Shown: in pieces, positions 25,114 through 32,000 of the stretch
How positions within the stretch are numbered: the stretch's first letter is position 1
How the letters are laid out: each line of letters opens with the position of its first letter
DNA from: Staphylothermus marinus F1
GTDB lineage: Archaea; Thermoproteota; Thermoprotei_A; Sulfolobales; Desulfurococcaceae
Assembly (NCBI RefSeq): GCF_000015945.1
Contig: NC_009033.1
Coordinates: 330,001-362,000, forward strand
DNA length: 32,000 nucleotides
Direction: 5' to 3'
Position numbers and translations under genes: made by a program
The notes under the pieces: generated by a model
The model's database searches: none
What the model was told of the DNA's origin: nothing
What the model saw: the letters and a program-made list of their open reading frames with translations, nothing else

Positions 25114-26289
25114 ATGGAGCTTGTTATTGGAGAGAAAGGACTAGATGTCCGTGTAGCTAGGCTTTTATCTGGAATAGCTCGATGACCCTATACATTGATT
25201 CTGGGAATAAGTTTTCTGAGAAGCTTCTTAAGCATGTGGATGAGTAATACTGTTGCAACATATGTTATGCTCCCATTAGCAGCTGCATTATTAGCTGGTG
25301 TTAGAGATAAGGCTCCCAGGATATCATCTATAGCAATGGTTTCACTAGCTATGGGGGCTAGTATAGGTGGGACAGCAACATTGATCGGGACTCCTCCAAA
25401 CCTTATAGCTGCTGAGTTTCTCAATAAGTTTGCTTATGGACAATATGCTATAGGATTCTATGAATGGTTACTAATAGGATTGCCTGCTTGGATAATAGGG
25501 TTTAGTATAGGTGTGTTATTAGCGTTTCTATATGCTAGAATAACTGCTGGTGGAGAACTAGGAATTGTTGAGGATTATCTTAGAGGGATAAGGGAGAGAG
25601 GAGAAGCTAAGCCTTGGAGCAAGGTAGAGATTATAGCGTTGATAGAGCTGTTGATACTTGTAGGTTTATGGATTACAGAGCCTTTACACCGTATTAAAAC
25701 AGGTATTGCTGCAGGCATAGGTATACTGTTGTTCTTCGCAACAGGCATATTGAATCCGAAGGAGCATTGGAAAAAACTTGCATGGGATCTCATGGTATTG
25801 TTCGGTGCCGGATTAACTCTTGGATCAGGGTTGATGAAGAGTGGATGGGCTAATTATTTATTATCACAGCTACACGGCATAGGATCGCTTGGATGGGTAG
25901 GATTCTACATCATAGGTTTTACAGCATACTTCATAGGAACATTTATATCAAGCCATACTTCGACATCAGCATTCATAGCACCATTAACGATTCCTTTGGG
26001 AATGACTATGGCAGCATCACTTGGATTAAGCCCTGCAACAGGTGCGGCACTAGCAACTATTGTAGCTGTTGTATCGCTAAATAACGCTATAGCATTACCA
26101 ATATCTACTCCTCCATCAGCAATAGTATATGCTAGTGGTAAGGCAGATATAAAGGATCTAATGATCTATGGTTTCCTGTTCGGAATAGTTGCCAACGCAA
26201 TAATAATAACTGCCTTTGCTACATTATTGGACAACTATTTTGTAAGCATAAATAAAAATAATTATTTTTCTAAAACATGTATGGATTAA
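25114..26289 (+). pseudogene. DASS/SLC13-type anion (sulfate or carboxylate) permease: 5'-truncated with an in-frame stop
   Basis: The 364-aa ORF (25195-26289) has the first SNT hairpin motif only 17 residues in (SMWMSNTVATYVMLP) and the second near the end (ALPISTPPSAIVYA). The same frame upstream reads MELVIGEKGLDVRVARLLSGIAR, then TGA at 25183-25185. There is no room for the roughly 100 N-terminal residues before the divergent gene starting at 24994. Confidence 0.55.
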
Positions 26290-26507
26290 TCAATGTATCC
26301 GAGAGCTCTAAGCCTCTCCTTAACCTTTTCCTCGTCCTCCTTACTCATAGTTTCTCCTTCAACACTACTCGTCTCAACAAGTTGTTCCAGCACATATATT
26401 ATGAATTCCTCAATATTATTGAATCCAGCATCTTCTGCTTCCCGAGTTATTTTCTCATACAATGTTTTAGGAATACTTATTTTGACAGTAACTTCTTCCT
26501 CCGCCAA
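26286..26507 (-). CDS. Ribbon-helix-helix (CopG-like) protein with C-terminal LGYI(D) tail
   Basis: 73 aa. N-terminal beta-strand/helix pattern (VKISIPKTLYEKI), an acidic linker and the tail EEKVKERLRALGYID. Paralog of 27737-27967. Confidence 0.7.
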   Translation of the reverse strand: MAEEEVTVKISIPKTLYEKITREAEDAGFNNIEEFIIYVLEQLVETSSVEGETMSKEDEEKVKERLRALGYID

Positions 26508-26564
26508 GACATTTACACCATCTAAATTATATTGATTAGTAATGTATTAGCTTATTTTTATTTC

Positions 26565-27713
26565 TTAGTGTACGAAGGGGTCTTTAAAACTAAGTATTAC
26601 TTTGGCAACCTCCGGCCTCATCATGTATTCTGGCGGTGTAATACCTTTCTTAATTATTTCTCTAAGCTTAGTACCGCTTATCCTGATCCTGTATTCTTCG
26701 CCGTGGGGACATATTTTCTCATTAACCATTCCACCGCATTTCTTACAATAGAATGCTTCTCGTATAAATAATGGTGTTATGCCCAGGTCTGGGAATTCAT
26801 CGAATATCTCCCATGCTTCATATGGTTTATAATAATCTCCCACACCTGCATGGTCTCTTCCAACAATAAAGTGTGTTGCCCCGAAATTCTTCCTGACAAT
26901 AGCGTGGTGAACAGCTTCTCGAGGACCAGCATAGTTCATATTCATCATTAAACCAGCTAGTACAACCACATTATCTGGATAATAATGTTTGATCAATGCT
27001 TCATATGCTGCAAAAATAACTTCGTCACGGTAATCACCAGGCTTTTTCCAACCTATTAGTGGGTGAATGAATAAGCCATCCGTGAATGTCAAGGCTGCTT
27101 TTTGAACATATTCATGTCCACGATGAGGAACATTACGTGTTTGGAAAGCCACTATTGTTCTCCACTTTTTCTCTCTGAAAAGAACACGTGTTTCTATAGG
27201 CCATAATATTCTGTGTTCAAGTGGGTGATGAGGTTGGTTCAGTAAATCAATTGTTCCTCCAAGTAATAGTTCTTTGCGTTGATAAGTTTTAGCTACGCCT
27301 GGATGGTTGGGATCAGTTGTTTTATATACTTGTCTAGCATATTCTTTTTTATCCCATCCATATATTTCCTCAACTCTCATAATAGCGTAGATTTCATCTT
27401 TATATTTGAGAGCAATATCATCCCCCTCCTTAACATTGCTAATCTCTTCTGGATCAACATCTAGGATTACCGGTATAGTCCATGGAAGATCATTTGATAG
27501 CCTCATATCATATAATACATGTAAATAATCCTCTTGAACCATGAATCCCTCCAATGGGCTAAAGGCTCCATTAGCGATATCGAGCAAATCAATTAATCTC
27601 TCATAGCTAATCTCTATGCTTGGAAGCTCATGTGTCTCCTTTAATAGCGCTGTTCTCCTCTTGGAAGAAACAATTCTATTAACTAGCTTTCCACCGTGAG
27701 GACGAGGTATCAC
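26565..27713 (-). CDS. sat: Sulfate adenylyltransferase (ATP sulfurylase)
   Basis: 382 aa. Contains FQTRNVPHRGHEY (the QxRNPxHxxH motif) and VGRDHAGVG. GTG start. Confidence 0.92.
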   Translation of the reverse strand: MIPRPHGGKLVNRIVSSKRRTALLKETHELPSIEISYERLIDLLDIANGAFSPLEGFMVQEDYLHVLYDMRLSNDLPWTIPVILDVDPEEISNVKEGDDIALKYKDEIYAIMRVEEIYGWDKKEYARQVYKTTDPNHPGVAKTYQRKELLLGGTIDLLNQPHHPLEHRILWPIETRVLFREKKWRTIVAFQTRNVPHRGHEYVQKAALTFTDGLFIHPLIGWKKPGDYRDEVIFAAYEALIKHYYPDNVVVLAGLMMNMNYAGPREAVHHAIVRKNFGATHFIVGRDHAGVGDYYKPYEAWEIFDEFPDLGITPLFIREAFYCKKCGGMVNEKICPHGEEYRIRISGTKLREIIKKGITPPEYMMRPEVAKVILSFKDPFVH

Positions 27714-27736
27714 TATATATCACCTTTCATCTCATC

Positions 27737-27967
27737 TTAAATATATCCTAGCCGGCGAAGCTTCTCAATAATCTTCTGCTTATCCTCCTCAGTAAATGGT
27801 TCCTCATACTTTTCCTCTTCATGTGCAGCAACAACTTCTCTTAAAACATATGTTACATACTGGGATACGCTAGTGAAACCAGTGTTTTCAATAAGTTTTT
27901 TAATTCTATTATATAATGTTATAGGTATTGAGACAGTTGTGTATTTTATTCTTTTTTCGTCCTCCAT
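27737..27967 (-). CDS. Ribbon-helix-helix (CopG-like) protein, paralog of 26286-26507
   Basis: 76 aa. Contains TVSIPITLYNRIKKL and the tail EEDKQKIIEKLRRLGYI. Immediately upstream of sat on the same strand. Confidence 0.7.
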   Translation of the reverse strand: MEDEKRIKYTTVSIPITLYNRIKKLIENTGFTSVSQYVTYVLREVVAAHEEEKYEEPFTEEDKQKIIEKLRRLGYI

Positions 27968-28194
27968 ATTATCACCGAATACTATACTCTATGATTAATT
28001 AAATATAATTAAATAGGAAATAAAAATATTATGTAGTTGTGGAAAAATGATCTTTACAAACATATTATACATACTAATTTAATATATAAAAACACCTGAT
28101 CGATTCAAGTAGAAAACAATATAATTCCTCGATTACGGATAATAATGAATTGTTCAAATAATAATTACTAGTATCTAGTGGAAGGGGTTGTGTT

Positions 28195-28740
28195 TTGAAG
28201 CATCTAAATAAAGGATTTGTTGTCTGGTTCACGGGTTTACCTGGGAGCGGTAAGACCACGTTGGCTAAAAATGTTGCTAAGATTCTTAGAGATAAAGGTT
28301 ATCGTGTAGAAGTTATTGATGGTGATTGGGCTCGTAAAACAATTAGTTTAGGTGCTGGCTATACTAGGGAGGAGCGTAGAATACATTTACACCGTGTAGC
28401 ATGGGTTGCGAGACTGCTTGCTAGGAATGGAGTAATTGTTCTCTGTAGCTTCGTGTCGCCGTACCGTGATGTACGCAAGATGATCCGTGAAATAATTGAG
28501 GAAGAAGCACCATTTATTGAAGTATATGTTTATTGTCCATTAGAGGAGTGTATAAGGAGGGATCCCAAGGGATTATATAAGAAGGCTTTGCGTGGAGAGA
28601 TAAAACATTTCACAGGTATAAGCGATCCATACGAGCCCCCAGAAAACCCGGATATAGTTGTTGATACTGTTAAGTATTCAATAGAAGAAAATGTTGAAAA
28701 AATAATTAATTACTTGGCTAAAAGATTTGGCATTAATTAA
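28195..28740 (+). CDS. cysC: Adenylylsulfate (APS) kinase
   Basis: 181 aa. P-loop FTGLPGSGKTT, GDWAR in the position where CysC has its conserved D-G-D-x-x-R motif, and SFVSPY are typical of CysC. Divergent from the RHH-sat pair. Confidence 0.9.
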   Translation: MKHLNKGFVVWFTGLPGSGKTTLAKNVAKILRDKGYRVEVIDGDWARKTISLGAGYTREERRIHLHRVAWVARLLARNGVIVLCSFVSPYRDVRKMIREIIEEEAPFIEVYVYCPLEECIRRDPKGLYKKALRGEIKHFTGISDPYEPPENPDIVVDTVKYSIEENVEKIINYLAKRFGIN

Positions 28741-28849
28741 ATTTCTATTCTTCCACATAGTTTTTACATGGAGGAACTAATTAAACCTAGATTAAAGTGT
28801 CTTTATAAGTTGATAAACTAATAGTATGAATTAAACATATCATGCTTAT

Positions 28850-30223
28850 ATGGTGTGTTATGAGTTGAGGAGAGCTATTGTTATTGGATTAGATTGTGCT
28901 CCTCCAAGAATACTATATGATGAACTGAGAAACGAGCTAAACGTTCTCGGCAAACTAGTTGGTGAGGGCCAAAGATATATTATGCGATCCAGTCATCCAC
29001 CGATAACTATTCCTGCATGGATGGTTATGGCAACAGGTAAGACCCCAGGAGAGCTTGGATTATATGGTTTTAGACATAGAGTTCTTGGTAGTTATGATAA
29101 AATGTATATAGCGGACTCAACTAGGATAAGAGAAGAACCTATATGGAATACTCTGGGAAAACACGGTGTAAACAGTATTGTTGTAGGTGTTCCACCATCA
29201 TATCCGCCGAGACCAATAAAGGGGTATTTGATCAGTGACTTCATAACACCTGATCATACGAAAAGATATACTTGGCCACCATGGCTCAAAAAAGAAATAG
29301 AGAATAGATTCGGACCATACATATTCGATGTAGTATTCAGAATAGAGGATCGAGATAAAGTAGCTAAAGGATTATGGGAGATGACAGAGCAACACTTCAA
29401 AGTACTAGAATATTTATTAACAAATAAGAAATGGGGGTTTGCATGGTTTGTTGAGATAGGTGTTGATAGATTACATCATGCTTTCTGGAAATACTGGGAC
29501 CGTAATCATCCAAAACACGTTTCAGGCAATAAATATGAGCAAATTATCCCTAGCTATTATAAGTTTCTCGACGAGAAAATAGGTTCGCTCCTAGAAAAAA
29601 TACCTAAAGACACACTCGTATTCATAGTCTCTGATCACGGAGCTAAAGCTATGAAGGGAGCATTCGTTGTTAACCAGTGGCTTGAAGAAAAAGGATATTT
29701 AAAGCTTAAGAAGAAGCCTGAAAAACCCGGTGAAGACTTGAAACCTAACATGATAGACTGGGATCACACTAAGGTATGGGGTTGGGGCGGATATTATTCT
29801 AGGTTCTTCATAAACGTTAAGGGTAGAGAACCTAATGGAATAGTTGAGCCAAGCGATGTTCCTGAATTAATAGAGGAGCTAAAAGATGAGCTGAGAAAAA
29901 TCAAGGGTCCAAATGGAGAGGTATGGAATACTAAAGCATATGCTCCTCGAGAACTATATCCAGTAGTTAAGGGAGATCCTCCTGATATGATGGTTTACTT
30001 CGATGATCTAAGCTGGAGAGCTGCGGGAACAATTGGTTGGAACACTTTGTATTTAGAGGAAAACGATAAGGGGCCTGATGATGCTGTTCACGACTGGTAT
30101 GGTGTGTTCACAATATATGATCCTGAGGAAACTATTGAATCTGGAGATAAAGGCATTATAGATATTCATAGAATTAAGGATAAAATGATACAATATATTA
30201 TGGAGGATAAAAAAATAGTGTGA
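28850..30223 (+). CDS. Alkaline-phosphatase-superfamily enzyme (type I phosphodiesterase / nucleotide pyrophosphatase family)
   Basis: 457 aa. Contains GLDCAPP, the nucleophile region (PPITIPAWMVMATGKTPGELG), HHAFW and VSDHGA, consistent with the PF01663-type fold (family assignment from memory). Confidence 0.7.
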   Translation: MVCYELRRAIVIGLDCAPPRILYDELRNELNVLGKLVGEGQRYIMRSSHPPITIPAWMVMATGKTPGELGLYGFRHRVLGSYDKMYIADSTRIREEPIWNTLGKHGVNSIVVGVPPSYPPRPIKGYLISDFITPDHTKRYTWPPWLKKEIENRFGPYIFDVVFRIEDRDKVAKGLWEMTEQHFKVLEYLLTNKKWGFAWFVEIGVDRLHHAFWKYWDRNHPKHVSGNKYEQIIPSYYKFLDEKIGSLLEKIPKDTLVFIVSDHGAKAMKGAFVVNQWLEEKGYLKLKKKPEKPGEDLKPNMIDWDHTKVWGWGGYYSRFFINVKGREPNGIVEPSDVPELIEELKDELRKIKGPNGEVWNTKAYAPRELYPVVKGDPPDMMVYFDDLSWRAAGTIGWNTLYLEENDKGPDDAVHDWYGVFTIYDPEETIESGDKGIIDIHRIKDKMIQYIMEDKKIV

Positions 30224-30247
30224 TAAGTATTTCTAGGTGAGGCATTT

Positions 30248-32000
30248 ATGGTGAAAATAATAGATACAACGCTTCGAGACGCTCACCAATCACTATTAGC
30301 AACTCGTTTCCGCACAAGAGATATGCTGGAAATAGCTGATCTAATAGATAAGGCTGGATTCTATAGTTTAGAAGTGTGGGGAGGAGCAACATTTGATGCT
30401 GCTATTAGGTTTCTACGAGAAGATCCATGGGAGAGGCTTAGACTTATACGTGAAAATGTAAGGAATACAAAGCTTCAAATGCTTCTCCGAGGACAAAATC
30501 TTGTAGGCTACAGACATTACCCCGACGATGTTGTGGAGAAATTTGTTGAGTTAGCATATAAGAATGGAATAGATATTTTCAGAGTGTTTGATGCATTAAA
30601 TGATCCGAGAAATATGAAGACTAGTATTAGGAAAGCTAAAGAGGTTGGAGCAATTGTTCAAGGAGCTATGTGCTATACTATAAGCCCTGTTCACACCATT
30701 GATTACTATCTCAAATTCGCAGAAGAACTACTCGCCATGGATGTAGATATGATCACGATTAAAGACATGGCTGGCATACTAGAACCTCACAAAGCATACG
30801 AGCTAGTATCAGCTTTAAAGAAAGAATTCAAAGTCCCAGTAAATGTCCACACACATGCCACAGCAGGATTAGCTGTTGCAACTTACCTAGAAAGCGTGAA
30901 GGCGGGTGCAGACTATATAGATACAGCTATATCCCCCCTAGCATTTGGAACTGCTCAGCCAGGAATTCAAACAGTATACTATGCATTGCCATCAGATAAA
31001 AGACCGAGTATTCGATTAGATATTATAGATAAGATATCGAAAAAACTCACAAAGTTTATCGAGGAAAAATACCAACACCTACTAAATTGGAGAATACTAT
31101 TACCAAACCCCAACGTGATTATACATCAAATACCTGGCGGAATGTTCTCTAACTTAATAGCTCAGCTAAGAGAGCAAAATGCTCTAGACAAACTAGACGC
31201 TGTCCTAGAAGAAGTTCCCCGTGTAAGAGAAGAACTTGGATGGCCCCCACTAGTTACTCCATTATCACAAATAGTTGGTACACAAGCAGTCCTAAACGTA
31301 TTATTTGGAAGATACAAGATCATACCTAAGGAGACTAAGAACTATGTTAAAGGCTTATATGGCAGACCCCCTGCACCTATTAAGGAGGAAATTAAAAAGC
31401 TTATTCTCGGAGACGAGAAACCAGTAACTGTTAGACCAGCAGATCTATTGGAGCCAATGCTTGATAAGTGTAGAAGCGTATTAGTTGAGAAAGGGTATTT
31501 GGAGAAAGAAGAAGATATACTTACCTACTGCTTGTTCCCTGAAACAGCTCTAGAATTCTTCGAGGCAAGGAGGAAAGGAGAGATCGAAAAACCAGTTGTT
31601 AAAGAGGAGAAGCCTAGGAAAGTTATTAAGTTATACATTGATGGACAAGAATATATTGTCGGAGTTGAGGGTGTAAACATAGATGTTATTAAATCCATAG
31701 CACCTATCCCCACTATAGCTCCTGTCCCCCTAGCTGGAGCCCAAGCATCATCAACTATAACATCCACATCCATAACTAGTAGCGAAACCAGTTATAGAGG
31801 CGAACCAGTAAAGGCTCCAATGGCTGGGAAAATATTGAAGATACTTGTCAAGCCCGGAGATAAAGTTGCTAAGGGTAGTAAAGTAGTCATATTGGAGTCT
31901 ATGAAGATGTCAACAGATATATTAGCACCTATCAGTGGTGTTGTCGAGAAAATAATGGTTAAGGAGGGAGATGATGTTGAAGCAGGCGATATTCTATTAA
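30248..32000 (+). CDS. Biotin-dependent carboxyltransferase with C-terminal biotinyl domain (oxaloacetate decarboxylase alpha / pyruvate carboxylase B-type), 3'-partial
   Basis: Open frame from the ATG at 30248 to the window end. N-terminus IIDTTLRDAHQS (HMGL-like TIM barrel), and the biotin attachment motif LESMKM near 31900. Not in the ORF track because no stop lies within the window. Confidence 0.88.
   Translation, partial: MVKIIDTTLRDAHQSLLATRFRTRDMLEIADLIDKAGFYSLEVWGGATFDAAIRFLREDPWERLRLIRENVRNTKLQMLLRGQNLVGYRHYPDDVVEKFVELAYKNGIDIFRVFDALNDPRNMKTSIRKAKEVGAIVQGAMCYTISPVHTIDYYLKFAEELLAMDVDMITIKDMAGILEPHKAYELVSALKKEFKVPVNVHTHATAGLAVATYLESVKAGADYIDTAISPLAFGTAQPGIQTVYYALPSDKRPSIRLDIIDKISKKLTKFIEEKYQHLLNWRILLPNPNVIIHQIPGGMFSNLIAQLREQNALDKLDAVLEEVPRVREELGWPPLVTPLSQIVGTQAVLNVLFGRYKIIPKETKNYVKGLYGRPPAPIKEEIKKLILGDEKPVTVRPADLLEPMLDKCRSVLVEKGYLEKEEDILTYCLFPETALEFFEARRKGEIEKPVVKEEKPRKVIKLYIDGQEYIVGVEGVNIDVIKSIAPIPTIAPVPLAGAQASSTITSTSITSSETSYRGEPVKAPMAGKILKILVKPGDKVAKGSKVVILESMKMSTDILAPISGVVEKIMVKEGDDVEAGDILL

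Overview
AT-rich (roughly mid-30s % GC by eye) archaeal chromosomal segment. Gene content, the cas repertoire and the repeat type look like a hyperthermophilic crenarchaeon of the Desulfurococcales or Sulfolobales kind; I cannot confirm the species without a search. The left 21 kb is a complete type I-A CRISPR-Cas locus. It has four arrays (10, 15, 15 and 6 repeats) sharing a 25-bp repeat, GTA[A/G]CAACATAGAAAGAATTGAAAG, and a conserved leader of about 158 bp. The adaptation cassette (cas1-csa1-cas2-cas4) sits between two inward-facing leaders. The rest of the locus is cas6, csa3 and an interference operon (csa5-cas7-cas5-putative cas8a-cas3 helicase-cas3 HD). Then come a vapBC-like pair whose PIN gene is split by a GC-rich hairpin-rich insert, a second cas6 paralog with an overlapping 65-aa ORF, and a secreted/membrane protein. 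The right part is housekeeping: deoC, apgM (these two flank array 4), a divergent Asp/Asn-type class II aaRS paralog, a metallophosphoesterase, a sulfate-activation island (decayed DASS permease, sat, cysC, two paralogous RHH proteins, an alkaline-phosphatase-superfamily enzyme) and a partial biotin-dependent carboxyltransferase. The most unusual signal is not a gene. It is an extreme strand-asymmetric G+T versus A+C composition that flips sign across each array, seen on both flanks of arrays 2-4 and only on the leader side of array 1. It decays over several hundred bp into the flanking genes, is visible at synonymous codon positions, and is independent of gene orientation. That looks like a localized mutational footprint on a single-stranded DNA strand, centred on the CRISPR arrays.
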